Origin: Dehalococcoidia bacterium
GTDB lineage: Bacteria; Chloroflexota; Dehalococcoidia; UBA2979
NCBI GenBank assembly: GCA_965262725.1
Contig: OZ253555.1
Location: 2,048,001-2,112,000 of the forward strand
Direction of reading: 5' to 3'
DNA: 64,000 nucleotides
Of the stretch, positions 28,114-39,100 are shown in pieces. Numbering within the stretch: position 1 is the stretch's first letter; every line of letters starts with the position of its first letter. The notes under the pieces were generated by a model, which was given only the letters and a program-made list of their open reading frames with translations, made no database searches and was not told the DNA's origin. A program made the translations under genes and the position numbers.

Positions 28114-28818
28114 ATGGCCCAGGAGAGCTCCGGGAGAGGCCTTCAGGCGGTGGCGATGCCCCGCATGGACGTGCGGCTCCTCGCCGGCGCGGCGCTCGTC
28201 GCCGTCTCGGTGGTGGGGAGCCTCACCCTCTGGCAGCGCGCGCAGATCACGGCCCCGGTCGTGGTCGCGGCGCGCGCCATCGAGTCCGGCCGCGTCATCG
28301 AGTCCGGGGACCTGGCGGTCGCGGAGGCGCGGCTCCCGGACGCCCTCGAGCGGCTCGCGCTGCCGGAGGCCGAGCTCGGGGAGGCCGTCGGCCGCACCGC
28401 GACCGGGCCCATCCACGCCGGCGCGCTCGTCGTGCGGCCCGACCTCGGCTCGGGCCCGGCGATCGGTCCCGGCGAGCTGGCGGTGACGATCCCCGTTCCG
28501 GACGACGCCGTCTACGCGCGCATCCGCCGCGGCGACGCCGTGGCCGTGATGGCGACCACCGACGCCGGCCAGCCGGAGAGCCGCACGGTCGCGCTCCTGG
28601 AGCGGGCGACGGTCTACGCGGTGGCGCTCGAGGCCGCGCGGGTCTCGCTCGGCGGCGGGGGCGCGGGCGAGGAAGAGGGCCGCCCCACGAACGTGACGCT
28701 CGTGATCCCGCGCGGGCGCGCCTCCGCGGTCGCCCACGCCCTCGTCAACGCCGAACTGACGCTGCTGCTGCTCCCGCCCGACCCCGTCGCCGCCCCCGGG
28801 GACGGAGAGCGGCCGTGA
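28114..28818 (+). CDS. cpaB: SAF-domain Flp pilus assembly protein (CpaB/RcpC-like)
   Basis: TM, then VVVAARAIESGRVIESGDL (SAF) and IRRGDAVAV. First gene of the tad cluster. Confidence 0.75.
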   Translation: MAQESSGRGLQAVAMPRMDVRLLAGAALVAVSVVGSLTLWQRAQITAPVVVAARAIESGRVIESGDLAVAEARLPDALERLALPEAELGEAVGRTATGPIHAGALVVRPDLGSGPAIGPGELAVTIPVPDDAVYARIRRGDAVAVMATTDAGQPESRTVALLERATVYAVALEAARVSLGGGGAGEEEGRPTNVTLVIPRGRASAVAHALVNAELTLLLLPPDPVAAPGDGERP

Positions 28819-30041
28819 GCGGCTCCGGCGCGCCCGCGCCCCGCGTCCTGGTCGCGGTCGGCGACCGTGCGCTGGAGGGCCGGCTCACGCGCGAACTCGC
28901 CGGGGCCGGCATCGGCGTGGCCGGGCGCTGCCTGGACGGGCCGAGCCTCCTGGAGCGGGCCGGCGAGCCGGGCGTGGACGCGGTGCTGGCGGCGCCCGGC
29001 CTCCACCGGCTCACCGACGAGATCCTGACCTCGCTCTCGGAGCGCCGCATCCCCGTGGTGCTGCTGGCCGGCGCATCGGACGACGTCGCCCGCCTCTCCC
29101 GCCTCTCCCGCCTCGGCCGCGTGGTGCCCGCCGCCTCGTCTCCCGCCGTCGTGGCTGCGGCGCTCCGGGAGGCGCGGGCGCGGGGCGCCCCCGTGCCCGC
29201 GGGTCGCGACGCCCCCCGGCCGGCGGGCGAGACATCGCGTGTCCCCGCGGTCCCGGAGCGCGGCGGCGGGCGTGGCGGGCGCCTGCTCGCCGTCGCGAGC
29301 GGGAAGGGCGCCCCCGGCGCGACGACGATTGCCGTCGCGCTCGCGGCGCTTTTCTCCGAGCGCGCGCCCGACGTGGTGCTTCTCGACGCCGACCTCCGCG
29401 GCGGCAACGTCGCGCCCGCGCTCGACCTCGACCCGAGGCGGGGACTCGTGGGCGTCGCGGCGCCCGACGCCGACATCGCCTCCGAGCTCCAGGCGGGGCC
29501 GGGATTCTCCGTGCTCGCCGGCATCGAGCGCCCCGAGCTCGCGGCCGCTCTCCGCGAGGAGACGCCGGCCCGCGCCGCGGCGGCGCTCCGGGAGCGCTCG
29601 GGGACGGTCGTCGTCGACCTCGGCGTCTCGGTGCCGCCGGGGCTGCTGCGCCCGGACGACGAACTGCTGCTCGTGAGCGGCGCCGACCTCGTCTCCATCT
29701 GGAACGCCCGCATCGCGCTCCCCGGCCTCCGCGGGCGGGCGGGGGGCGCGCGCATCCGCGCCGCCGTCAACCGCCGCGAGGGCCGCGACCACTACGGGCG
29801 GCGCGAGGTCGAGCGCGCGCTCGGCATCCCGGTGGCGGGCGTCGTGCGCGAGGAGCGCGAGACCGCCCGGCGCGCCGTGGCGCTCCAGCTGCCGCTCCCC
29901 GCGGTCGGCGGCCGCGTCGTCTCCGACCTGCGCGCGCTCGCCGTCGCGCTCGCCGGGCCCGACGCGGTCCGGGCGGAGCCGCAGCTCGCGCTCGTCGACT
30001 TCCGGCTTCCGAGCCTTCAGGGAGGGGCGCTCAGGTGGTGA
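28815..30041 (+). CDS. CpaE/TadZ-like receiver-like + MinD-type ATPase
   Basis: VASGKGAPGATT, LLDADLRGG. GTGA overlap with cpaB. Confidence 0.75.
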   Translation: MSGSGAPAPRVLVAVGDRALEGRLTRELAGAGIGVAGRCLDGPSLLERAGEPGVDAVLAAPGLHRLTDEILTSLSERRIPVVLLAGASDDVARLSRLSRLGRVVPAASSPAVVAAALREARARGAPVPAGRDAPRPAGETSRVPAVPERGGGRGGRLLAVASGKGAPGATTIAVALAALFSERAPDVVLLDADLRGGNVAPALDLDPRRGLVGVAAPDADIASELQAGPGFSVLAGIERPELAAALREETPARAAAALRERSGTVVVDLGVSVPPGLLRPDDELLLVSGADLVSIWNARIALPGLRGRAGGARIRAAVNRREGRDHYGRREVERALGIPVAGVVREERETARRAVALQLPLPAVGGRVVSDLRALAVALAGPDAVRAEPQLALVDFRLPSLQGGALRW

Positions 30042-31303
30042 CGCAGGCGGCGCCGGGGCGCGACCAGGCGATCCGCGACGACGTGCGCGAGGAACTCCGC
30101 GAGCTCCTCGACGCCGATGCGCTGCTCGCCCCGGGCCCGGACGAGTACGCCCGGGCGGAGCGTCTCGTCTCCTCGCGCATCGCCACCGAGAACCGCCGGG
30201 CGGCATCGCTCGGGATCCCGGGAGTGGACGACCCCGAGCGCCTCGCGCGGCGCATCCTCGACGAGCTGCTCGGCCTCGGGCCGCTGCAGCCGCTGCTCGA
30301 CGACCCCGAGGTCGAGGAGATCATCGTCAACGGCCCCGAGCGCGTCTTCGCGATCTCCGGCGGCCGCAAGCGCCTCTCCGAGGTCGTCTTCGAGTCGGAC
30401 GAGCAGCTGCTCGCGCTGCTCAGGCGGGCCATCGGGCCGCTGGGGCGCCGGCTCGACGAGACGAGCCCGATGGTCGACGCGAGGCTCCCCGACGGCTCGC
30501 GCCTCAACGCCGTGATCCCGCCGCTCGCCCAGGGCGGCACGCACGCCACGATCCGCAAGTTCGTACTGAGGGCGCGCACCCTCGACGACCTGGTCGCGCT
30601 CGACATGCTCACCGCCGAGGCCGCCTCCTTCCTGGAGGCGGCGGTCCGGGCCGGGCTCAACATGCTCATCGCCGGCGGCACCGGAAGCGGGAAGACGACC
30701 TGCCTCAACGCGCTCGGCGCCTGCGTCTCGGGCCTCACCGAGCGACTCGTCACCATCGAGGAGACGGCGGAGCTCCAGCTTCAGCCGGTGCTCCCGGACG
30801 CGGTCGCGCTGCAGGCGCGCCCGGCCAACCTGGAGGGGGCCGGCGGCATCCCGATCCGGGCGCTGGTCAAGAACGCGCTCCGCATGCGGCCGACCCGCAT
30901 CGTCGTCGGCGAGGTGCGGGGCGGCGAGGCGCTCGACATGCTCACCGCCATGAACTCGGGCCACGCCGGCTCGATGTGCACCATCCACGCCAACGGCCCC
31001 AGAGAGGCTCTCACCAAGCTCCGCACCTACGCGCTGATGGCGGAGGAATCGCTCCCGGCGCAGGCGGTGACCGAGATGATCGCCGAGGCGGTCGAGCTCG
31101 TCGTGCACCTGCGGATGGAGCCCTCGGGCCGGCGCCTGGTCTCCGCCATCTACGAGGTGACGGGCCTCGAGGGCGACGCCGTCTCCGGCACGGAGCTCTT
31201 CTCGCTCGAGGAGGGGCGCCTGCGCTGGAGCGGCATCCGCTCGCGCCGCTCGGCCAGGCTGCTCCAGGCCGGCTACGCCGGGCCCCCGGACGAGGCCTCC
31301 TGA
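30035..31303 (+). CDS. cpaF: Tad pilus assembly ATPase CpaF/TadA
   Basis: DARLPDGSRLNAVIPP, GGTGSGKTT, TIEETAEL, LRMRPTRIVVGEVRG, GHAGSMCTIHAN. Confidence 0.95.
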   Translation: MVTQAAPGRDQAIRDDVREELRELLDADALLAPGPDEYARAERLVSSRIATENRRAASLGIPGVDDPERLARRILDELLGLGPLQPLLDDPEVEEIIVNGPERVFAISGGRKRLSEVVFESDEQLLALLRRAIGPLGRRLDETSPMVDARLPDGSRLNAVIPPLAQGGTHATIRKFVLRARTLDDLVALDMLTAEAASFLEAAVRAGLNMLIAGGTGSGKTTCLNALGACVSGLTERLVTIEETAELQLQPVLPDAVALQARPANLEGAGGIPIRALVKNALRMRPTRIVVGEVRGGEALDMLTAMNSGHAGSMCTIHANGPREALTKLRTYALMAEESLPAQAVTEMIAEAVELVVHLRMEPSGRRLVSAIYEVTGLEGDAVSGTELFSLEEGRLRWSGIRSRRSARLLQAGYAGPPDEAS

Positions 31304-32175
31304 TGCACGTCGTGCTGAGCCTCGCACTCGGAGCCGGCGTGCTCCTCCTCTTCCAGGCGCTCTCCGGCGCCCGGGGTGGTGCGCCGCGCCCCGCCGCCGG
31401 GGACGCGGCCCGGCAGGCGGCCGCCCTCGCCGGGCGCCTGCCGCGCACGGGACCCGAGGGCGCGGGGTTGCGCGAGTTCTGCGCGGCGAGCGCCGCCGCG
31501 GGCGTGGTCGCGGCGGCGCTCGCGCAGCTCGTGGCGGCGTGGCCGGTCGTGACGCTCACCGCCGGGGGCATCGGCGCGGCGCTCCCGGCCTGGTACCTCA
31601 GGCAGCGCGCCGCGCGCCGCCACGCCGAGATCGAGGAGGCGCTCGGCGAGGCGGTCGAGACGCTCCGGGACGCCGTGCGCATCGGGCTCGGCATCGAGGA
31701 ATCGCTCCGCGCGCTCGCGCGGACGGGCCCGCTGGCGCTCCGCCCGGTGCTCTCCGAGATGGAGCGCGACATCCGGCTCGCGGGATTCGAGGAGGCGATC
31801 ACGCGCGCGCGGGAGCGGCTCGCCGAGCCCCTCTTCGACACGCTCGCGGTCGCGCTCCTCACCTCCTACCGCATCGGCGGCCGCAACCTGGCTCAGGTGC
31901 TCGACGGCCTCAGCCAGTCGGTGCGCGGGAGCGTGCGCGTCAGACGCGAGGTGCGCGCGAACCAGGCCCAGAACGTGCTCTCGGCGCGCGTGATCGCGGC
32001 GCTCCCGCTCGTGCTGGTGCTCGTGATCCGCGCCACCAACCCGAACTACCTCACCGCCTTCTCGCAGCCGGCCGGCCAGCTCGTGCTCGGCCTCTGCCTG
32101 CTCTCCGTCGCCTGCGGCTACATCGTGATGCTCAGGCAGGCCGCGCTCCCGGGCCCCGGGCGGCTGCTCCGGTGA
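31303..32175 (+). CDS. tadB: TadB-like T2SSF membrane protein
   Basis: TM pattern, GGRNLAQVLDGL; follows cpaF. Confidence 0.85.
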   Translation: MHVVLSLALGAGVLLLFQALSGARGGAPRPAAGDAARQAAALAGRLPRTGPEGAGLREFCAASAAAGVVAAALAQLVAAWPVVTLTAGGIGAALPAWYLRQRAARRHAEIEEALGEAVETLRDAVRIGLGIEESLRALARTGPLALRPVLSEMERDIRLAGFEEAITRARERLAEPLFDTLAVALLTSYRIGGRNLAQVLDGLSQSVRGSVRVRREVRANQAQNVLSARVIAALPLVLVLVIRATNPNYLTAFSQPAGQLVLGLCLLSVACGYIVMLRQAALPGPGRLLR

Positions 32176-33116
32176 GCGCCCCGCTCGTCCTGGGGGGCCT
32201 GCTCGGGGCCGGGCTCTGGCTGCTGGTGATGGCGCAGCCGCTGGGGCGGCCGCGGCCGGAGCTCTCCGCGAGGCTCCGCCGCCTCTCGGCCGAGGGGCGG
32301 CTTCAGCTCGAGGAGAGCGCCCGGGCGAGCGGCGGGCCGATGTTCCGCTCGGCGCTGCTCGAGCGGACGCTCCGCCCCCTGATCGAGGACGCGGGCAGGG
32401 CGGCGGGGACGCTGCTCGCGCGGCTCGGTATCGAGATAGCGGACCTCGACCGCCGGCTCGCCCTCGCCTCGCCCGGGATGAGCGCGGCCCAGTTCCGCGG
32501 GCAGCAGCTCGCCACAGCCGCCGTGACCGGCCTGCTCCTCCCCGCCATGAACGCCGTCGGCGTCCATCCGCTCGGGCCGTGGCCGGTCTGGCTCTGGCTC
32601 GGGGCCGCGGCGGCCGGCTTCGCGGCGCCGAGCTGGCAGCTCGCAGCGCGGCTCCGGGCGCGCCGCGCCCAGATCGCCGCCGAGCTCCCGGTCGCCCTCG
32701 ACCTCTTCGTGATCGCGGCGTCGGCCGGGCTCTCGCCGGAGCAGGCGCTGGTCGAGGCGGGGCGCCGGCTCGAGGGCGTGCTGGGGGAGGCGCTGCGGGG
32801 CGTCGTGCGCGAGGCGGGGCTCGGCGCGGCCGATGAGGCCGAGGGGCTGCGGGCTCTCGCCGAGCGCGAGGGGAGCGCCGAGCTCCGCTCGCTCGCCTCG
32901 GCCTTCGCGCTCGCGCACCAGCAGGGGCTGCCGCTGGGGCCGGCGCTGCTCTCGCTCGCCGAGACGGTGCGCGAGCGCCGGCGCGCCGAGCTCGTCGAGG
33001 CGGGCGGCAAGGCCACCGTGCGGATGCTGCTCCCGGTGGCGCTCTTCATCTTCCCGGTCTTCCTGGTCGTGCTGCTCTATCCCGCCGGGGTGGAGCTGCT
33101 CGGCCTGGGCGGATAG
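32172..33116 (+). CDS. tadC: TadC-like T2SSF membrane protein
   Basis: ELPVALDLFVIAASAGLSPEQAL...KATVRMLLPVALFIFP. Confidence 0.85.
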   Translation: MSAPLVLGGLLGAGLWLLVMAQPLGRPRPELSARLRRLSAEGRLQLEESARASGGPMFRSALLERTLRPLIEDAGRAAGTLLARLGIEIADLDRRLALASPGMSAAQFRGQQLATAAVTGLLLPAMNAVGVHPLGPWPVWLWLGAAAAGFAAPSWQLAARLRARRAQIAAELPVALDLFVIAASAGLSPEQALVEAGRRLEGVLGEALRGVVREAGLGAADEAEGLRALAEREGSAELRSLASAFALAHQQGLPLGPALLSLAETVRERRRAELVEAGGKATVRMLLPVALFIFPVFLVVLLYPAGVELLGLGG

Positions 33117-33148
33117 CGGACGGCTCGCGGAGCCGGAAGGAGGGTCTC

Positions 33149-33334
33149 GTGATGAGGAGAGGGATGCTGCGGGCGGTGCGGTCGCTCCACCGCGACGAGC
33201 GCGGCGCGGCGATGGTCGAGTACGCGATCGTGACGGCGGTGATCGCGGTCGTCGCCCTCACGGCGGCGCAGGCGCTCGGCAACGCCGTGACCGACGTCTT
33301 CAACGACATCACCACCGCGCTCGGAACGATCTAG
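33149..33334 (+). CDS. flp: Flp family type IVb pilin
   Basis: DERG/AAMVEYAIV prepilin motif, 61 aa, AAGGAGG RBS. Confidence 0.9.
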   Translation: MMRRGMLRAVRSLHRDERGAAMVEYAIVTAVIAVVALTAAQALGNAVTDVFNDITTALGTI

Positions 33335-33344
33335 GGGCACCCGG

Positions 33345-33731
33345 GTGCTCCGCGACGAGTCGGGGCAGAGCACGGTCGAGCTCGCGCTCGCGATGCCGTT
33401 CCTGCTGGTGGTGCTCATCGGGGCGGTTCAGCTCGCGCTCGTGCAGCACTCCGGGCAGGTCGCCGCCACCGCGGCCCAGGAGGGGGCCCGGCTCGCCGCG
33501 GGCGAGAACCACACGCTCGCCGAGGGCGCGGAGCGCACCCGCGAGCTGCTCCAGGCGGGTCTCGGCACGCACGCGGCGGGCTTCACCGTCACGGCGGAGC
33601 ATCGCGGCGGGTCGGTCGTGACGACCGCGAGCGGCCACTACCCGCTCTTCATCCCCTGGGTGCGCGATCTCGCCCTCGCCGTCGAGGCGCGGGCGGAGGT
33701 GCGGCGGGAGGGGTTCCGCAGTGGTCCATGA
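33345..33731 (+). CDS. TadE-like minor pilin
   Basis: DESG/QSTVELALAMP...AAQEGARLAA. Confidence 0.85.
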   Translation: MLRDESGQSTVELALAMPFLLVVLIGAVQLALVQHSGQVAATAAQEGARLAAGENHTLAEGAERTRELLQAGLGTHAAGFTVTAEHRGGSVVTTASGHYPLFIPWVRDLALAVEARAEVRREGFRSGP

Positions 33732-34170
33732 TCCCCTGCCCCCCGCGCGCGCCCTCCACGCCGACCGCTCGGGGGGCGTGCTCATCGAGGCGGCGCTCGT
33801 CCTCCCGGTCGTGCTCGTGGTCGCCCTGGGGGTGGTGATGGCGGGGCGCGTCGCCCACGCCCGCATCGGCGTGGAGGCGGTGGCGCGCGAGGCGGGACGG
33901 GCGCTCGCCCAGGCGCCGTCGGCCCCGGAGGGGCTGCGAGATGCGCGCACGCGCGCCCTCGCCGCGGCGCGCGGTTACGGGCTCGACGAAGCGACGCTCC
34001 GGCTCGATCTCGACGCCGGCTCCTTCGCGCGGGGCGGGACCGTGAGCGCCCGCGCCTCCTACCGGGTCACGCTCTCGGACCTGCCGCTCCTCGGGCGGCT
34101 CGACGTCACCGTCGAGGCCTCGCACGCAGAGCGAGTCGAGCTCTACCGCAGCCGGGCGGCGCTCCCGTGA
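33721..34170 (+). CDS. TadE-like minor pilin
   Basis: DRSG/GVLIEAALVLP...AREAGRALA. Confidence 0.8.
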   Translation: MVHDPLPPARALHADRSGGVLIEAALVLPVVLVVALGVVMAGRVAHARIGVEAVAREAGRALAQAPSAPEGLRDARTRALAAARGYGLDEATLRLDLDAGSFARGGTVSARASYRVTLSDLPLLGRLDVTVEASHAERVELYRSRAALP

Positions 34171-34604
34171 CCGCGGTGCGGGCGGCTCTCCACGCGGACC
34201 AGCGCGGCGCGGCCTCGGTCATGGTCGCGCTCTTCCTGCTCGGGCTCGTCGCCGTCTCCGGCCTCGTCGCGGACGGCGGGATGGTGCTGGCCGAGCGCCG
34301 CAGCCTCCAGAACCTCGCCGACTCCGCGGCCGCGGCCGGGGCGATGCAGCTCGACGTCGCCGCCTACCGCCGATCGGGCGGGGCGGTCTCGCTCGACGGG
34401 CCGGAGGCGCGGCGCGCCGCCGCCGCCTCCATCCCGGCCGCACCCGGTGTCTCCTACGACGTGCGGGCGAGCTCACGGCTCGTCTCCGTGCGCGTCGAGC
34501 GCCGCGTTGAGCTCGCCTTCCTGGGCGTGCTCGGCCTCGGCCCGCTCACCGTGAGGGCGAGCGCCGAGGCCGAGCCGCGCGCGGGCGTGGGAGCACCGCC
34601 GTGA
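34167..34604 (+). CDS. TadG-like pilus protein
   Basis: DQRG/AASVMV...GLVADGG...LQNLADSAAAAGA. Confidence 0.8.
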   Translation: MTAVRAALHADQRGAASVMVALFLLGLVAVSGLVADGGMVLAERRSLQNLADSAAAAGAMQLDVAAYRRSGGAVSLDGPEARRAAAASIPAAPGVSYDVRASSRLVSVRVERRVELAFLGVLGLGPLTVRASAEAEPRAGVGAPP

Positions 34605-35200
34605 GGTGGGCCCTCCTGCTCGCGGCGCTCGCCGCCTGGGCGCTCGTCGCCGGGGCCTGCACCTGCCGGGGCGGGGACGGCGGCATGGACGAGCACCAGG
34701 CCCGTCCCCGCGCGGAGGGGATCGTGCCGCCGGTGACGGTGGTGCCCGTGACAGCGATCCGGCCGTACCCGCCGCCGGAGCCGGCGTCCGCGCCGACCAT
34801 TCCGCCCCCGCCCCCCGCCGAGCAGGAGCTGCTTCAGGCCTACGCGCGCTACTGGGAGCTCTACGCCGGGGCGCTGCTCGCACTCGACGGGAGCCGCCTC
34901 GGCGAGGTGATGACGGGCCCGCGCCTCGAGCGCGCCGAGCAGGAGATCGAACTGCTGACGCTCTCGGGCCACGCCGTCCGCATCGACGTCGAGAGCGCCC
35001 CCATCGTCGGAATGCTGGATGGAGAGGAGGCCGTCATCATCGACCGCTACCGGAACCAGAGCTACCTGGTCGACGCGGAGACCGGGCGACCGGTCGCCGC
35101 TCGCGGCGTCGCCAACACGGTCCACGCCACCGTCTCGCTCGTACTGGAGGAGGGCGCCTGGAAGGTGCGCGACTCGCTGAGGGAGGAGGCGTCCCGGTGA
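34601..35200 (+). CDS. Putative lipoprotein/secreted protein of the tad cluster
   Basis: Signal peptide with AGAC; NTF2-like ending LVLEEGAWKV. Confidence 0.7.
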   Translation: MRWALLLAALAAWALVAGACTCRGGDGGMDEHQARPRAEGIVPPVTVVPVTAIRPYPPPEPASAPTIPPPPPAEQELLQAYARYWELYAGALLALDGSRLGEVMTGPRLERAEQEIELLTLSGHAVRIDVESAPIVGMLDGEEAVIIDRYRNQSYLVDAETGRPVAARGVANTVHATVSLVLEEGAWKVRDSLREEASR

Positions 35201-36114
35201 GAGCGCGCGCATGCCTTCCGGCCGCGGCCCTCGCCTCAGCGGTGCTCCTGCTCGCCCCCGCCCCCGCCCCCGCCCGCGCGGACGTGGACGGGGGATACGA
35301 CCCCGACGCGGGCGGCCCTCAGGTCACGACCGAGGTCACGGTCACCTCGGGCCCCGACGGCGTCACGATCTTCATCGAGAGCGAGGAGATCACACCCGGC
35401 TCGGACGGGAGTCCCGGCGGCGACGACACCTCCGGCGACGGAACCCCCGGCAGCGGCGAGGCCCCCGAGTGCCAGGCGGCCCCCATCAACATCGGCCACA
35501 CCAGCACGACCTGGGTCGTGGAGGGACTCCAGGAGAACCCTGGCACCTACCCCTGGGGGGTGAACTGCGACGACGGATCCTTCGGCATCGCCTGGGTCCC
35601 GACCGGAACCTCCGGGACGCCCGAGGTCGTGGCGGGCGAGCCGCCGCTCCCGCCCATCGACCCCCAGGTGGTGCGGGACGCCGTCTTCCGGATCGTGTCG
35701 CTGCCGCAGATCGCGGTCGGCGTGAACCCGGCGGTCGGGCTCGTCGCGGTGGAGTCCTGGTTCTGGGTCGACGGCTACCACGGCCAGACGCTTCGGGGCT
35801 CCGCGACGCTCGGGCCCTACGACGTCGACGTGGAGATCACGGCCGTCCGCTACCTGTGGAACTGGGGGGACAGGAGCTCCCTCTCGACGTTCTCGCGGGG
35901 GCTCGCCTTCCCCAGGAAGAGCACCATCCGCCACCTCTACGAGCGCTCTTCGCTTCAGGCCGGCGGGAGCTACCGCGTGAGCCTCCAGATCACCTGGGAC
36001 GCGACCTACAGCGAGAACGGGGGCTCCTGGCTCCCGCTCGAGCCGATCACGCGCACCTACACGCGCTCCTACGCCGTGAGGCAGCTGCAGTCGGTCCTGA
36101 CGACGAACCGCTAG
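35197..36114 (+). CDS. Secreted protein with PKD-like C-terminus
   Basis: Signal peptide, GLVAVESWFW, WNWGD, HLYERSS. Confidence 0.7.
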   Translation: MRARACLPAAALASAVLLLAPAPAPARADVDGGYDPDAGGPQVTTEVTVTSGPDGVTIFIESEEITPGSDGSPGGDDTSGDGTPGSGEAPECQAAPINIGHTSTTWVVEGLQENPGTYPWGVNCDDGSFGIAWVPTGTSGTPEVVAGEPPLPPIDPQVVRDAVFRIVSLPQIAVGVNPAVGLVAVESWFWVDGYHGQTLRGSATLGPYDVDVEITAVRYLWNWGDRSSLSTFSRGLAFPRKSTIRHLYERSSLQAGGSYRVSLQITWDATYSENGGSWLPLEPITRTYTRSYAVRQLQSVLTTNR

Positions 36115-36127
36115 CGGGGAGCGCGCG

Positions 36128-39100
36128 GTGACGGGGGCGGTGCGGCCGCCCGGGCAGGGCGGCGCCGGCCGGAGGGAGCGGGAGCCCGGCGCGCGCGGCC
36201 TCCTCGCTCTCCTCGCCTCGGGCGTGCTGCTCGCGCTCGCGCTGCGGGCGTGGGGCGGCGCCCCGCGGCTCCCGGAGTGGGCCGAGCTCCGGCGGGGGCT
36301 CGGCGGCTCGGAGTTGGCCGACGCCGACCTCGTGACGGCCGCCACCGCCCTCTGCTGGCTCGTGCTCTGCTACCTCGCGCTCGCGGTCTCGCTCCGGCTG
36401 CTCGTGCTCGCGGCGGCGCGCGCGAGCGGCGGGGCCGCCTGGGCGCGCGCGGCGCTCCGCGTGAGCAACCTGGTCACCGTTCCGGCCGTCCGGCGCCTCG
36501 TCGACTCGGGCATCGGCGGAGCGCTGCTCGCCGCGAGCTGGCTCCCGCTCCCCGCTCCCGGGACGGCGCCGCCGCCCCCGGCCGCCTGGGTCGCGGCTGC
36601 GCCGGTCGCGGCGGAGGCGGCGGAGGCGGCGGCGGACGCCGCCCGGGCCCGGCACCACGCCTCGTACACGGTCGCTCCCGGGGAGCATCCCTGGGGGATC
36701 GCGCGGCTCTGCTACGGGGACGGCACCCGCGTCATCGATCTCTTCCGCGCCAACTGCGGCCGGGCGGCGGCGGGTGCCGGGGGATGGATCGACCCGCGGC
36801 AGATCGCGCCCGGCACGGTGCTCGCGGTGCCGCTCCCGACGCGCGATCTCAGCGCCCGTGACGGGCTCCTCACCTACCGTGTGCGGCCGGGCGACCATCT
36901 CTGGGGCATCGCCGAGCGCTGGCTGGGGGACGGCTTCCGCTGGGTGGAGATCTGGGAGCTGAACCGGGGCGCCGAGACGGAGGAGGGGCTCCGGTTCACC
37001 GACCCGAACCTGCTCCATCCCGGCCTCCTCCTCACGCTGCCGTGGGACGCCGTCCAGACCCTTCCGGCTCCGGAACCCGATCCCGCCCCGGCCGGGTCGG
37101 GAGGCGCGGCCGGGGCGCTCCCGGCGACGGCGCTCACGGAGGCCGGGCCGGCGGGCGGCGCGCGGGCCGAGAACGGCTCCGGGCCGGCGCCTGTGGGTCG
37201 GCTCGGCGACCCGCCCGGCGGGTCGCCTGCGGAGTGGCTGCATGCGGCGCGGCCGATCGCGCTCAGCGCCGGCGGCCTCGCCGTGGTGGGCGGCGCCGTC
37301 CTCTTCGTGCGGCGCCTGCACGGCGCGGGCTCGCTGCGCCTGCCGGGCCTCGCCGCACGGAGAGGGGAGGAGCCGGGCGACGCCGGTCTCGTCGCGCTCG
37401 TCGCCGGCGCCCTGGAGGCGACGCTCGCGGAGTGCGGCTTCCCCGGCACCGCCCCGCTGCTCGTTCGCGAGGGCGCGCGCCGCCTCGAGGTCACGGTGGC
37501 GTGCCCGGCCGGCGACGCCGGCGCGCTCCCCGCGCTCCGCCCCGAGCTCGAACGCCGCCTCGCGTGCGACGTCGGGGCGGCGGAGGCGGGGCCGGCGCAC
37601 GTGGTCCTCACGCTGTCGTGGCGCGGGCCTCCGGCGCCCCCGGCGATCCTCGCCCCGGATGCGCGGCCGGCGCTCGTCGTGCCGGCCGGCGCGGAGGGGG
37701 ACGACATCGTCTATCTCAACCTCGCGGCGGCGGGCGGCGTCACCGTCTCCGGCGACGACGCGGAGCGCGGGAGGCTGCTGCGCTCGTGGCTCGCGACGCT
37801 CTCGGTGATGCGCTCCCCGGGCGATCTCGTCTTCCGGGCGGACGCCGGAGCCGCGCGCCTGCTCGGGGCCGATGCCGGGCTGCCGCACTTCGCGGGTGGG
37901 GCCGCCGGCGGAAGCGCGGCGGAGCTCGCGGCGGAGCTGGACGAGGTGATCGTGAGCCGCGGGCAGGCCGGCGGTCCGGCCCGCCCCCTCGTCGCGATCG
38001 TCGACCTGGACGCGGGCGAGCGGGATCTCCCCCTGGCCGCGATGCGTCACGGGCCCGCGTGCGGCGTGCACGTCATCCAGAGCCTGCCCGCCGCGGGCGC
38101 CTCGGAGGGCGCGCCCGCCGCGGGCGCCTCGCTCGCCCTCGGCACGGCGGCCCCGGACGGCGCCGGCGACGGTGAAGCGCCGCCCGGCGCGATCACGCTG
38201 CGCATCGGGCGCTTCCCGCCCCTCCGGCTGGATCCGGTGCGCGTGCGGCGCGACGCCTCGGCGCGGTGGAGCGAGGGCGCCCCGGTCGCGGCGGCGGCCG
38301 GTCACGCCGCTTCCGAGCCCGGCGAACCGCTCGCGCGCCGGACCGCGAGGGAGGGCCTCCCCGTGGGAGGGCGCCCACCCGCCGTCGACGGGTCGTGTGG
38401 CCGCGCCCCGGGCGGCGACCCGGTCGCCGGGACGGACGGCGGTGCCGGCGTCGCGCCCGAACAGCTCCCGGAGGCGGGTGTGCCGGACGCCCTCGAGCCG
38501 GACGCCCGCGGTCCGGGGCCCTCCACGATCGCGGGGAACGGCGCGCGCGATGCCGCGCCCGGAGATGATGCGCGCGCCGACCCGTCCGCACCGCTCGAGC
38601 CGTCGGCCGGCGCCCGGGACGTGAGCGGGCCCGGGGCCGGCGCGGGGCCGGCGAGTATGGCCGGCGCGCCGGATGGGCCGGCACCCGCGCCGGAGCTGCG
38701 CGGGCCGGCCGCCCCGCCCCGGGCGGGCGGGACGACCCGCCAGGGCGCCCTCTTCACGAGCGGGGATGCCGCATCGCCCGCCGCGGGCGCCACGGCCGGC
38801 GCCGGGCCGGCGTTCACGATCCGCTGCCTGGGGCCGTTCGAGGTGTGGCACGGGGGCGTCCGGATCACCGGCTGGCCGCGCGAGAAGTCGCGCGAGATCC
38901 TCGCCTTCCTCGCGGCGCACGGCGGAGCGGCGGTTCCCCGCGAGTCCGTCGCCGAGGCGCTGTGGCCGGGCGAGCCGTGGGACGCGAGCCTCCGGCACGT
39001 GATGACGAACGTGGCGAGCAGCCTGCGGACCGTCCTGCGCTCCGCCGCCGGCGACGATGCCCTGCAGCCGGTGGTCGGGGCGCGCCAGCGGTACCGGCTG